64,000 nucleotides of DNA from Dicyema japonicum (Eukaryota > Animalia > Dicyemida). The notes beneath the pieces were generated by a model. That model was given only the letters and a program-made list of their open reading frames with translations. It was not told the origin of the DNA and did no database searches. This document shows, one piece after another, positions 21,205 through 33,900 of the stretch. The stretch lies in assembly GCA_011109175.1 (NCBI GenBank), contig RDEW01000004.1, positions 396,030 to 460,029 of the forward strand, given 5' to 3'. A program made the position numbers and the translations under genes. Positions within the stretch are counted from its first letter, which is position 1. Each line of letters starts with the position of its first letter.

Positions 21205-21495
21205 TTATTTTATTGAACCAGAAAAACACCGTCATAGCCAAAATGAAAAAAAATCCCGGCCTCCCTCAGCAGTCTTCGCATGCTCTAACTTAAAGGAACT
21301 GTTGTCCAGGCGGAACTCTTCTGGATGGTTGTTGCCTATGATCCTTTCTGGATATAATTAAGGATTATATCTGACGCCACCAGAGATGGTGAGCCACATG
21401 ACGTACGCTAACAATTCATGCCCCTGGAGCGAAAAGGAAAGAAGAGGAACACAAGAGACAAACAAAAATGTTCAATTCAAGTAGCCACATACACT
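21205..21495 (-). mobile_element. SINE-like element with family S head and core but LINE tail C
   Basis: The head matches 45490-45550 and the pseudoknot lies at 21338-21405. The 3' end AGACTGCTGAGGGAGGCCGGGAT...TGGTTCAATAAAATA matches the LINE ends at 31560-31640 and 50065-50140. Confidence 0.7.
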
Positions 21496-21603
21496 AGCGT
21501 TGATCGACTTGGCCTCTTAATAAACCCGGGAGATATTTATTAAAATAAATAAATTTAAAATACTAATTTAATATTTATTAATTACTAAATACCCGTGTTG
21601 CTA

Positions 21604-23519
21604 ATGTATAAAGGTGAATATCAGGTAATTAAAAATAATAATAATTCAGGGACGTTCATTCATTGAACTTCTCACCGTTCAAGGCAAAAAGCCGGGGGAT
21701 AACTGGAAGTTCTCAGATATTTCCATAAAGAAGGTCTTGTTCGATTACTATATAAGGTCTACGATAGAAATGTGAAGGGATTTGTGTTCTCTTTGGAGGG
21801 ACCAGTCACTGCCACTCGAATTCAACTCCCAAAAGGCCCAAAAATGACTCGTTTTATATTATCTTATTAAAGTCTCACTTTTTCAACCATTTCTCGGCTT
21901 TCAAGTCTGCGTCCCAGAAAAGAAGGATTTTTCCGTGGAATCAACGTTACCAAATAACTGACCATTTAGGATCCTTGACAGTGACAACGTCAAACGTCGC
22001 CTCGTGTTTTCTACAGTAACAAAGTCCGTGCAAGTAAATCCTCTCCACGCCAGAATTCCGTTAATCCAACTTAACCGAGGAACTGTAATGTTTGTTCAAG
22101 ACTGTAGTACAATAATTTGATTATTGACTTGAACTCCTTGGTACCCTATTTGTGGGATGGAAGGGGCTTCAAATCAACAGAGGCATCACCGTGTCCGCTT
22201 TCTGTAAAATCCGTAAAGTATTCACTCTCAACAGTCGTCCTGTAGGTTATTTGTCTGTTTTACCACAGAATGCTCATCATCCCGTCTTGTTGACGTCATC
22301 CCTCGGCAGATATCAATTTCTCTGGATGTTCCTCATACCACACAGGTAGTTGATCCCACGTGGTTTGAGAATGAAGCTTTACCGGAAATTTTGTGTGGTT
22401 TTTTGAACTAAAATTATCATAGATGAAAGCAAAAAGTCCCCAACAAAGCCAAGAGTCCCCCACGTGAGTGCTTTGAGGTTATTTTAGGCTAAAAATGCTG
22501 TTGCACGAAGATGTAAGTATATTAACTTACTCTATAGCTAATTTGGGGACGGTCGGGACTTCAGGAGTTCGAGATTCCCTCTTCAAGACTAAGGGACCTT
22601 CTCTCCCCCTGTCAGCAAAATCTGTGAGTAGTCCAGTGCTACCTCAAAGAACCCTGAGGCAGGAAAAGACGAGCAAACGACCTGCCAAAGAAAAACGATG
22701 TATTAGTGAGTTAACATATCAGGTCATACGTGTGTCGTATCCACCTCTACTTCCTCCATTGAAAATACTGAAGATAAAGTCAATGGATGGGCTGAGGAGA
22801 ACCTTAGAGATCCCTCTTCCAAGCAAGAAGTGGATAAGATCGAAAATATTGAGGACACTTTGAAGGCTACAGACTACGACAACTTTATCAAAGAAGTGTT
22901 CCCAACTTCTGTGGTGAGTTGTGAGGACTATGTATGATTTTTTGAAAACTTTAGACCCCCTTCGATTCCTTTGAAGCTTCAGCGTTGGATGCTATGAGGT
23001 CTTCTAGATTGGGAGATTCTGAGGAGCCAATTTCCTCCCATCACTTCAGTCGGGGGGAGGACTACAGTTCGAGTGATGACGTCATATGGAATTCCCCCAA
23101 AGAGGTTTTTTGATTCTAAGGATTCACAGACCTTGTTTAGGTATGACAGAGAAGCGTTGAGGATGAATAATATAAAATGGACACGTGGGGGCGAATTGGA
23201 AGAGGTTGGTTCGCCGCTTATAACGTGTGGTCCTCCCAGTCCTCCTGTCTGCTTTTCCTCCAAGAGTCTAGCAACCTTTAATTCTAATCCAGCTTCTGAG
23301 CCTTCCCCCTCCTTTTCGAAAAGTGTAAAAATGTGACCGACTTTAGATGACAAATCTCCCAAAGTGGTGTCTGTTAGTCAACCAATCAGTTCGGGTGATG
23401 CTTTGGTGAAGACAAGCATTACTGAGTCAAACATGACTGAATTGGAGTTGGTGTATGATACCTGTCTTGACTGCTATTATGATCCTCGCACAATGAAATA
23501 TTATGAAATTATTAATTGA
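21604..23519 (+). CDS. CFAP20DC: CFAP20 domain-containing protein (C3orf67-like)
   Basis: MYKGEYQ|GRSFIELLTVQGKKPG, FVFSLEG..RIQLPK, KRRLVFST..PLHARIPL, GITVSAFCKIRKVFTL and the diagnostic C-terminus LVYDTCLDCYYDPRTMKYYEI*. Confidence 0.85.
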
Positions 23520-24331
23520 TTTTATCAAATTATAGATTTCTTTTTAATCGATTTCTTAGGAGAATTGTTCTGCCATAATTTTTATAAAGATTTTTGATTT
23601 TTTGCTTTTAAAGTCTTTTATTTTACATTAAAATTATAATTCGATTTGCGTCATCGTTTGGGATTCAGTCATGGGTTCCCATCAAACTGATGTGTCATGT
23701 ATCTCCCTATCACTTCCACCTTTAATATCAAATTTTTAATTAAAATCAGATTTCACTGTGTTTCCACGACTATTATGGCTGAGCGTGGACACCCTTCAGA
23801 TAAATGCAACTTTTAGTTCTTTTTGCGTGAATGGAGGAAATGATCCACTCTGGGATGTCGGACATACAAAGATTGGAAACAATTAAGCGTCGAATGGATT
23901 CGAATCTCGTCTGAAACAAAATTTAGAAAAATTCTGATTTTAGCAGAATAAATTCCATGTTATTTCAAGTTCGAAATTTTATACGAATAACCCATTATTT
24001 CAAAGGGTGTGTAATCAAGATTTATTCCCAACAGCTTTAAAAACCATAATAATTAAAAATTATCAACAAAATCTAATTTCATCAGGTTATTCTCATTACA
24101 ATAAGCTTATTAATCGATATTACGTAAAGTTACTAAGCATCCGGGTATGACTAGAGACAGTTTGAATATTTTTTGAATTTTTTCATAAATTAAATAACTA
24201 AAATCTCCCACATGGTGTCATATGATGTATTAACACGTGGTTTTAAATAATTAAATATTGATTATTCTAGTAGTGGTGTGATCTCAGCTAATATGCTTTA
24301 GTATATAAATCTTTACGCTTAAGAGAATTAA

Positions 24332-25425
24332 ATGCTTTGTGGAACGTTCAGATTTGCTGTTAGGGAATGCTCCAATATGGCTGCTTTGGCCCCCAAATAT
24401 GCGGGAGATATTCACTCCACAGTCCTCCTTTTTCCTGGACAGGGATCTCAGTTCATTGGAATGGGCAGTAAACTTCTCCAATTTCCCAAAACTGAAAAGC
24501 TGTTTAGTGACGCGAGCGAAATATTAGGCTATGATTTGCTCAAGGTTTTGATGATTTAGTTTATGTAGACCTGCTTAGAAGGCCCCTTTGAGACCTTGAC
24601 AAGAACTGAGGTCTCCCAGCCCGCCATTCTTGTGACTTCCTTAACCGCTTTGGAAAGGCTCAATTCAGAAAATCCAAAAGCAGTAAAGTCATGCAAAGCC
24701 ACTGCCGGACTAAGTTTGGGGGAATACTCATCCCTCGTGTTTTCTGGATGCTTATCATTCGAGGATGGTTGGCCCTTTATGTTATGACAGCTGTTAGAGT
24801 CGTTAAAGTCAGAGGGAAGGCCATGCAGGATGCCTCTGATAATTCTAAGGGAGGAATGGTGTCCATCATGGTTTCAAAGGATACCAACCTTGATGACCTC
24901 TGTCAGGCCGCCATTGACCATTGTGTCCAACTAAATGTCCCCAATCCGGTCTGCCAGGGGTCGAACTTTCTTTCTTCTTCGATTCAAGTCGTTGGGGGTT
25001 CGATTGAGGCCATTGACTACATTCTCTCTAATTCTGCCAAATATAAAATCCGCAAATGCAAGAAACTCCCCGTTAGTGGAGCATTTCACACACAAATGAT
25101 GAGCTGTGCTGTGGGAGGCTTGAAGAGATCATTGGGTACAAATTTTCGAGTATTTTCTAGATCTGTGAAAATCAGTCCGCCAAAGGTTCCAGTCATTTCC
25201 AATGTGACTGCAAAGCCTTACAAAAGTGTTCAGGAAATTCGAGATTTGTTGATCAAACAGGTGATCTCCCCAGTCCGATGGCAGCAAACAATGGACTACA
25301 TATTCGACTACCACCTCACCACTCCTCAAATGATATTCGAAATGGGGCCTGGAAGAAACTTGAAACCACTGGTTAAATCCTCAAACTCTAATGAAGAGCA
25401 CGTCTACAACTTTGTGGATGTTTAG
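24332..25425 (+). CDS. MCAT: Mitochondrial malonyl-CoA:ACP transacylase
   Basis: N-terminal transit-like peptide, LLFPGQGSQFIGM, SQPAI, AGLSLGEY active site, LPVSGAFHT, SPVRW and EMGPG; two 23-24 nt introns. Confidence 0.92.
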
Positions 25426-25574
25426 CTAATTTGAAATTTTAAAAAATTATTTTAATTATCTTTATTTTATGTAATTATTATCAACGATAAAACATAATAA
25501 TTTGTAAGAAATATTTAAAATAATTTAATGTTTATCTCATTCACTAACTCTATCAAATTAATTGCGATCACATA

Positions 25575-25834
25575 CGACCCAGTTTCCACTTCTACAGAAT
25601 CAGAGTCCATCTGGAATCAGCATAAAAAGAAAAGACGTCCATTACTTCAGCTGTAGGAACCCTCCAGTGAGTGGGGAAAGTAAATGCCCTTTTTCGTGCC
25701 GTCCTGACACTGGGGGCCACCTAGACAGGTGGATCACATGACGCCACTCTAATAGGAAGGGAAATAAGAGGAACAAGTAAAGTAATCAGAAAACTTCAAC
25801 CAATTAGCCATGTAGCACCACATGGCGCCACGTG
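25575..25834 (-). mobile_element. SINE-like family S copy
   Basis: The reverse complement aligns with 16944-17185; the head begins CACGTGGCGCCATGTG. Confidence 0.8.
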
Positions 25835-26084
25835 TCTATTATTTTATGCAACATTGACAATTTTTAATACATGGATCAGACATATTAATCAGCATGAATC
25901 GAGTGGGTTCTCCTTTTCAGGATCTCGAATCTGACATTAAGGATCATCATATCCATGAAATAAGTAATAGTTAAACAGTCAACAACACAACAAGAAACTT
26001 AACACGTGATTTAAAAATTTGAATAATTATTATTAAATAAAAGTTGGGTAATTTTTCTAAAAATCCTAATATTTAAATTTTAAA

Positions 26085-26240
26085 GATTTCTCTTCCTTCC
26101 CTCTAGTGGCGTCATTAGATCACCTTACTCAGGAGACTTCCATTGCAAAAGGATCCATCTATTCATTGCACCTGGAGTCCTTAATCAGTTGTTTACTTTA
26201 ACTTCCTTCTCGGTGTATCCGGGGTTGATAAATTAAATTG
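26085..26240 (+). mobile_element. Short family S variant (core without P4, plus tail A)
   Basis: GTGGCGTCATTAGATCCACC...GGATCC, then AGTTGTTTACTTTAACTTCCTTCTCGGTGTATCCGGGGTTGATAAAT. Confidence 0.65.
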
Positions 26241-26783
26241 ATCACATAGGACCCAAGCATGTTAGCACAGTCATTTCCTCCTCCCAAAGAAAACTAAACT
26301 TTGTAAAAACACTTTATTTATACTACAAAGGCAGTTTCTACTTAACTTTACTCCACCTTTATGCGCAATACATTATCTACTTCAGTGCTGCATGGTGTCT
26401 TATACGAACATAAAGACAATGTCTTTCAGGAACAGTCACGAGTACCCTACAAAGGTTCTCCTCGCCACTAATGCCACTCCGTTCGAGGAACTTGTGAAAT
26501 TTTAAAAAGTGTCTCAAACATACAGTAAGTGTGTCGGTTCTGTCCTGAAGTAATACAATGTTCGTCTACAATGCCAAAGCTGACCGATCCATGGGAGTAA
26601 CCGGGATTCGCTCGTCCTACTTAATAGTCTCTGGTCTCTACAAGTTAGTGGGGCCGGGATTATTTAACTAACTAACTTTCAGTGTCTCGCGACACTATGA
26701 TTCAATTTAATGATAACTGAGTACCTTCCATTCCTTATTGAAACTAAACAATGTCATCAAATAGTTTAATTCGCAATAATTTT

Positions 26784-27020
26784 CACATGGCGCCATGTGG
26801 TGCTAAGTAGATTGTTTGTCAAAATTATTTTCCTTTCAATGGGGTCACTGGATCCATCTTACTAAGGAGGCGGCCAATGCCTAGCCAACATTAAGAGGAT
26901 TCAACAATTCTTTCCAAGGGACAACGTCGTTACCTGGTGACAAGTTCCGAAATGCTGGAACCAGTCAGGATCGAGGAGCTAGTTAGTTTGGTTATCCTTG
27001 GTCTTTGGAAATAATTTTAA
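26784..27020 (+). mobile_element. Diverged family S copy
   Basis: Palindromic head CACATGGCGCCATGTG, TGGATCC/GGATTCA stem and a tail-like end; an extra isolated tail A at 27086-27140. Confidence 0.6.
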
Positions 27021-27467
27021 TTTAAAAAATATCAAGTATTTCACTGAATTGAGGTTGTTTTCGTTGATTAAATTTATATTTGAGGTAGTTGTTTACTTTA
27101 ACTTCTTTCTCGGTGTATCCGGGGTTATTAAATGAAAAAATAAGAAACGTTGCTTTTAAATAACCCAAAATAGATCAGATTTTCCTACCAAGTTTTATAC
27201 ATTTGAATATTGCTAGGCTAAAAGTTTATTTTCTATGATTCAACTTACGACATTTGTTTCAATGCAACATTAAGGTGATTGACACTATTTTTCTTAGACG
27301 ACTGATTTTTCTTAAATTAACAAATTCAGTCAATTAAATGTTTTCAAGCAAATTTAATTTGCTAATTGCTGATAGTAAATATTAAAATATTGTTATGGCC
27401 ATTGATCAAAGAGAAGAGGAAACAGAGAACTCTTCTAGCGAGAGAAAAGTCTCTAAGGAACATTGAG

Positions 27468-27790
27468 TTAGTATTTATTAACCCAGGATAAACTGAGAAA
27501 AAAGTTACTAGTAAATTCACCAAACTAATTAAGCCTATCCACTTCCTACAGTCGAGAGAGGCCTATCAATATCACACAAGTCCATTCAGAACCAGCAGAA
27601 ATGAAAGAATCTAGTCATTGCAGTCATGTTTCCAATTCCAATGAAATAGTGGAGAATAACTAATCCTATTTTGTGCCATTCTGCTATTGAGTGTAACCTG
27701 AGACAGATATATCACATGACGTCAGATTAGTTACCTGGAGAAGTGAAAGGGAGAGAAAACTTAGTGAGGGGAATCAAGACCAATTGGCAT
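27468..27790 (-). mobile_element. Diverged family S copy
   Basis: Reverse strand reads GACGTCATGTGAT..TCTGTCTCAGGT...GGCACAAAATAGGAT...TTAATTAGTTTGG...CCTGGGGTTAATAAAT. Confidence 0.65.
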
Positions 27791-27839
27791 AATTATTATT
27801 TATTTTAAAACCCCAAGACCACCAAGAAAGAATTAGCGT

Positions 27840-28600
27840 GGCGTCATGCGGTTCACCTGTTGTTGTGGTGGCGCTCAGTTCAAGTTCTGCATAGAAAAGA
27901 ACCGTTCGACTTTCCCTACCCTTCTACGATCTTCAGAAGGGTGGCCTACCAATTGGCGAATATGGCATCTTGACTACTAAATTACCTTGTTCGGTAGGTA
28001 ATAATTTACAATTGAGTTATCTTTATTATTTTATCACATTGCTGGCTTCAGACCAGGTTGCTATCTTCTTCACAGTTTATCACTCGTGAATTCAACACGC
28101 CAAAAATTCATATGCGACTTACTCTGTGGACATACAAAAGGCATTCGAATTTATCTCAAGGCCTCTGTTAACAAAAAGGTTTATCCGAATATAAAATTGT
28201 GGCTGAGCAACTTTCCGGTCTACGTTTAACAATGCGGTATGACAACCTCAATTCACACTGTCGCCTCATTATTCAACCTGTTTTATCTGAAATTCCAAAT
28301 GTCAATAATCCTGACAAGCTGTTCCTAGCTTATGCAGATTATTATCCTCGGTTTCCTGTGTTTCTTCAAGGAACCAAGAAACCCATTGGGCGATTGCTCA
28401 TGTAAAAAACGTCCATCGTACTAAAGAAGAACATCCCAATCGAGTTCCTTTCTAGTTATTAGTAGAGACTCTACCGTTCTATAGTTGAGATATTTGAGGA
28501 TTACGTAATGAGAGTCTGGGAATTAATGGAAGCTGGGGTCACTTAATTGTTTTCAACATATTTCTGGTATCTTTTGGTTCTCGAATAATAATGAATTAAT
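27840..28600 (+). mobile_element. Internally deleted Ingi/Vingi-like LINE (head B, RT pieces, tail)
   Basis: The head matches 5728-5840; SVDIQKAFEFISRPLL RT piece; the ORF ends LMEAGVT*, followed by a tail. Confidence 0.65.
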
Positions 28601-29370
28601 GAACAATAGCCGAACATTCAGCTGTAGCTCAGCATGTGTTTATTTTATAGTCAAACAGTTGTGTTGAGTAATTATTATCTTTATCAGAGTGTGATCTGTT
28701 GAACTATGAAAATAATCTAGAAATTTGTAATTTGCTTTTGTGAATCTAAAATCATTAAAAATGCCAATAAGCATTGATTTATAATACAAAATAGTTATAA
28801 TCTCTCCACTCTGTTTTGGCTAACAATGGGGAAAAAAACAATGTCGAAAAATCATAAAATTAGACCAATTTGTTTTAATAAAATAGAACATGTAGAATTG
28901 TGCATTGTACTCTTTTCAAGGCCACTAACGAGTGCACGAGAACAAGGATCACTCATTTATTGCATATCTCATTTGTCTAATGATTTTAATGATATGATGC
29001 TTCATGGCCTACTTTACCAAATCAAACATATTTATAAATATCTACACCTTTAATGATTAACAGCTTGCAAGCTCATTAATTATTCAATGGATTTTTTATC
29101 GGATAAATGCCTATACTATTGATTCATGTATTCTAGGGAATTGGATAATTAGATATTCAATGTGTGTAATCATAATGAATATATCAGTTAATAACCACAG
29201 GGAGATTCAATTTGATAATGAACGAATATTAACGTATTATTTAAATATTATTTAATTTTTATGTTAATTAAAATAAATAATTTTTAATTAATTTTGATTA
29301 ACAACATTTTTTATGTGCGGATCCTATGCTTTCAATTTACTTATCAGTTTCTAGTGTTTTCAGAACTGGA

Positions 29371-30274
29371 ATGGCTTGTCTGGTATTGTTTTCAATTACC
29401 CTAGTCCTCAAAGTCTCATAAGATCAGCACATTCATTGTTATGGATATCGAATCCACAGGACTCAGTGACTTTACCGGAAGGAACAAAATAACAGAAATA
29501 TCCTTTGTATCCATGACACGTGACTCCCTACTTCATCATTGGAATAAGAAAAATATCCCCAGAGTCCTCAACTCTCTTACTCTCTGTTTCAATCCACGTA
29601 GACTGATTCCTGCCAACGTCAGTGAAATCACAGGTCTATATAACGACGAATTGGATTCCTATCCCCCATTTGGACCCGATTCTGTGAGTCTGATCAAGAG
29701 CTTCATTAATCTATCATGTGGGGATCCCAAAAATGTGTGTATTCTGGCCCATAATGGACATAAATTCGATTTTCCGTTGTTAATGGCGAAAATTTCTGAG
29801 TTTGATCCCTCCGCCTTCTCTGACGAGCTCACGTGTGTGGACAGTTTGGAAATCTTCAGGAATCTCTTCAAAAATAAAGGTGTGCTGAGTTGGCAGGATA
29901 TTTCGGACAAATATTCGGGGGATTTTTCGAATTCTTTTGTAACTCCTCCTCGATGTGCCCCGCCAGTTTATGCGAAATACTCCTCCCCCAAACCGGACGT
30001 GGTGGCACAGGCGATTGACAAAGGAGTAGCCAGGAGATTGGATTTTAACCTGGATTACTCATATTCTCCAGTTGGTTGGGCCTCACCTAGTAAACCTTCG
30101 TTCTCTCTGACGGAGATATATCGGAGATTCTTCGGAGTGACCCCTACTGATAGTCACAGGTCAATGGATGACTGTCTTAACCTTATTAAGTGCGTCAGAT
30201 GTGTGGCTCCATTATTTTTGACGGATATTACTGATTGCTGTGTCCCAATTAATTCGTTTATACCAAATATATGA
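29371..30274 (+). CDS. TREX1/TREX2-like DEDDh 3'-5' DNA exonuclease
   Basis: ExoI VMDIESTGL, ExoII LAHNGHKFDFPLL and ExoIII SLTEIYRRFFG..PTDSHRSMDDC. One 22-nt intron after codon 4. Confidence 0.88.
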
Positions 30275-31199
30275 TTTATTATTTATTTGAGATTTATTGG
30301 CTTATTTCCTTGAGGTTTTGCAAAAGTCATTACATTAGTCCTAAGGTTTATAGGTATTATCTATAAGCTAACGAGTACAGTTCTCGCAATCGTTTGTACT
30401 AATGTTTCCCTCTCTTCTCTCAGGTAGGAACCGGAGAGTTGTGACAGATAGGAACTCTATTCACATTAGTTGGTTAATATTTATTCATTATTAATATCTC
30501 CAAGATTGAATGTTACAAAATAATAGTACTAATCTATGGTTTTTAACCAAAAATAATTGAATACACGAGGTACCCTGGTTGTTCCGAAAGACCAGAACGT
30601 CTGTTTTGTTTACCACGACAAAAGTAAATGGCTCAGTTAAGTAATCACTTTATCACAATTCCTTGTACTGTCAATTAAGATATATTTCCACAGTGTTGTT
30701 GAAAAGAGACAGGCATGAACATGTTTGGTGAACACAAAGAGAATTAAGCTATTTAGGACTTAAAATAGCATTTATGAGGTTTTCATAGATTACTCATTAT
30801 AAATGATATCAATTGATTTTTTATTCGTTATCGTTCCATCGTATCCTATAGTCAACACTACTGTAATCGTTGGAGGGGGACAATGCATGTTCTTAACTTT
30901 TTACTTTTTTGTTGCATGTGGGTATTCGTAGACAATCCGGTTTTCCAATGAGGTATCGACAATCAGCAAACCCAGATGATCGCGTGGAACTTTCACCTAA
31001 ACAGATGTAAGATTCGAACCCGGAACCATATAAATTTGTATGCACATATAACACTGCAACAGCCTACAGATTACTATTGCCCGAGGACCACTTAGTTGAG
31101 AGAAAAAGAATGTCTCATCTAACTAACAGATCCCAGACAAACAAGGAGAAATTCGAAACAGATTAGCACTGCCATCTCGAACCGCTTAGAGTCATAGAC

Positions 31200-32570
31200 T
31201 CAGAATTGAATCATGTGATTTTGCTTGCGGCTTTCTGGATTTTGGTCAACTTATCCAGGAATGGCCATTGACCATTGTAGTCGCATATATCAAAGTAGAC
31301 AATGGAAAGAAATCCAACATTATTTGGCAAGCTATTAAATTGAATCATTTTCTTATTAGGGAAGATATTTTGTTTGATGCTGTAGTCCCTATACACGTGG
31401 TAAACAATGTTACAAACCAATGGTTGGGGAAATCTCAGCCGTAGTTGAGCAAACCATGATGTCAGAGTGTCAAGCATTTCTTGTAAGACCCAAATGGCTG
31501 CTTGGAAATTTCTGTCCCTGGCAGTGATGATAATATCATCTGGATAGGAGAATATTTTTATTTATTTTATTGAACCAAAAAACCACAGTCACATCCAAAA
31601 TAACAAAATTCAGGTGATCCCAGCCTCCCTCAACAGTCTCAGGACCTTTTCTCGCTGTTCCGACTGCATTCCTGCGCATTTACGATATGGACGGGGTTCG
31701 CATACTTGAGTCCTTCGCAGGGGCACTGTTCTAGTCGCCTCTATCATATTTTCTAGGTTTCTTGGCAAAATTTCCACTCGGGAATATTTCCTTAGTAGGT
31801 TTGCTGCCTTCACTTGAATGTTGCATATCTTGTCCAAATTCGTAGCAGAAAGGTTAGATCCCCATATATTACATGCGTATCCTATTGTAGCCTCGATGAA
31901 CTGTTTGCATATGACCTCCAGACCACTCAGATCTTTTTTGTCTCTTAGGTTTCCCAAGAACGCCTTCAGGAAATTGATTTTCCTCGTACAAGTCAATAAC
32001 ATATTTTCGACATGTTTTGTAAAGGTTAAGAAAGTGTCAAAGGTAACTCCCAGGATTTTCTGGTATTTGTTTTGCGGGATAATCTCCCATCCAGTGTGAC
32101 GTCAATTGATACTTTCCCTAGTCTTCTGTTTGTCATGAATAGGGTCAACACCGACTTCTCCGGGCTAGCAGTCAATTGATTTTCCCAAAGCCATAAACTT
32201 AATTTATTCAGATTGTCCTGCATTCTTCTCGTTGCTTCCACAATACTCACATCCCTCGAGGCAATGATTATATCATCAGCATACGTTAATAATATGTCAT
32301 TGTCCTCCTGAGGGAGTGGCAAGTTATCCATCATAACGTTAAACAATTGGGGAGATAATGGGGAGCTCTGGAGAACGCCATTTGCTAATAGTCTCATACG
32401 GAACATCGATTGCCATAGTGTACTCGTCCTTGTTGACCACTCAAGAAATTTCCAAACCACAATTTCAGGTTTGCGTGGCTGATAATCTATATTTTGTGGC
32501 TGATAATCTTCCTCGAAACCGAGTCAAAAGCCTCCTGGATATCAATTGAGCATACAATCGTCTTTTTCTG
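31200..32570 (-). mobile_element. APE-type LINE RT fragments (family with tail C)
   Basis: GVLQSSPLSPQLFN, LTYADDIII, LQDNLNKLSLWL, KYQKILGVTFD, TIGYACNIW and ORF end LLREAGIT* with tail at 31560-31610. A second RT piece lies at 31200-31540. Confidence 0.8.
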
Positions 32571-32678
32571 TCCTGGTCTTTTGTTAAGGCCATCTGTTAT
32601 GAATTTCATTAATGTATGATATAATTTTAATTTTTTTAATTTAATTTAATTTAAATTTAGTCCCTTGTTGTTCTGCAC

Positions 32679-33311
32679 ATGTCAAAGAGACGAGATTCAA
32701 GCCCGTCTTCACGGAGTTCATCGAGTAATTCGACCATCAGTTCATCGTCCGTGTCATCAAACAAAAGCAGTTCACCCACAGCAAAAGAAGTAATAAACGC
32801 AGCACGAGGAAAATCTAACAAAAGCGGAAAAAACACAAGAAGTGATCGAGAAAAGTCACCTTCATTCAAAAGGTCTCTTTCTCCCCGAAAAAGGGACCGG
32901 AGTCTCTCCCCTCCCATGAAACCTGTCCGTGTTTATGTCTCTGGATTGACCCAAAACGTCAACAAGGAACACGTGGATGAGATCTTCGGGGCTGCTGGAC
33001 GGATATTGAATGTCTCAGTCCCAGTGGATCCGAATCACAAAGAATTCGCACGTGGGTACGCCTACATAACTTACCAAACTCCAGAGGGAGCTGAAAATTC
33101 CGTGAAACTAATGAATAACGGACAAATTGATGGACAGAAAATATCCGTGTCCCTGATGAGTCGGCCAATGAACTCACGGCGATCCCCCGTTTACAAAAGA
33201 AGAGGTTATCCCCCCCACAGAAGGTACAGATCTCCTCCAAGAAGGCGATATTCTCCCAGAAGACATCACCGAGAGAAGGTTGGTGGACGAGGAAGTCGAT
33301 CTTCTTCATAA
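32679..33311 (+). CDS. RNPS1: RNA-binding protein with serine-rich domain 1 (EJC/ASAP)
   Basis: Ser-rich N-terminus, RRM VYVSGLTQNVNKEHVDEIFG...RGYAYI..AENSVKLMNNGQIDG and RS/P-rich tail; single exon. Confidence 0.92.
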   Translation: MSKRRDSSPSSRSSSSNSTISSSSVSSNKSSSPTAKEVINAARGKSNKSGKNTRSDREKSPSFKRSLSPRKRDRSLSPPMKPVRVYVSGLTQNVNKEHVDEIFGAAGRILNVSVPVDPNHKEFARGYAYITYQTPEGAENSVKLMNNGQIDGQKISVSLMSRPMNSRRSPVYKRRGYPPHRRYRSPPRRRYSPRRHHREKVGGRGSRSSS

Positions 33312-33689
33312 TACCTTGTTTTTAATGTCTCATTTTTTTCTTTATTCGGCAATAGTAATGATGACCTAATTATTTTTTTAATGAAAGGAAATCGGGAGGT
33401 GACAGAGGCGTTGATCCTTACTGATGATCCTCTTAAAGATTGTGACCTATGTAATGGGGAAATTGAATTCCGGGAACAAGTGGTTATGTCGAGAAGCTAG
33501 AAGGGGTAAGAAGGAAATGGCATCTACTAGAACATGCATGTCAAACACACGGCCCCTTGCAAGCAAGCCCACACAGATTTTTATACAATCGACGAAATTA
33601 GGGTTGACTGCATCACTAAAATGAGACTACTAGAGAAAAGCAGTGGAATTTATCAATGACGTCAATTTGACGGGCCGCGGTTATAAGCG

Positions 33690-33900
33690 TTTTAGTTTGC
33701 AATAACGGCATTGCCACACCAAAAGAGTTAACTTAAAAAGACATTATGAAACTTGCGATGAAGGCAGACTCAAAAAATTGAAGGCTAAGTTGACACGGCG
33801 ACATGAATGTTTTACAAAAATAGAGCAATCCAATGTCGCTTTTGAACTTGACTGAATGATCCCCATGGGTGGAAATTTTACAATGAAGGGGAATGAAGTT
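33690..33900 (+). mobile_element. hAT (Charlie/SPIN, GTF2IRD2-like) transposase remnant
   Basis: KRVNLKRHYET...RLKKLKAKL. Confidence 0.45.

Noticed and set aside
17952-23519. Myxozoan origin of the window
   Set aside because: Short introns and the TE set would fit, but RGS22-like and CFAP20DC genes argue for a ciliated animal; not formally excluded.
23640-23920. Possible hairpin, ncRNA or small gene between CFAP20DC and MCAT
   Set aside because: Only a weak imperfect stem; no box motifs or convincing reading frame.
25136-25160. GT-AG intron-like stretch in MCAT
   Set aside because: It is 25 nt; removal causes a frameshift and immediate stop, while read-through keeps the conserved frame.
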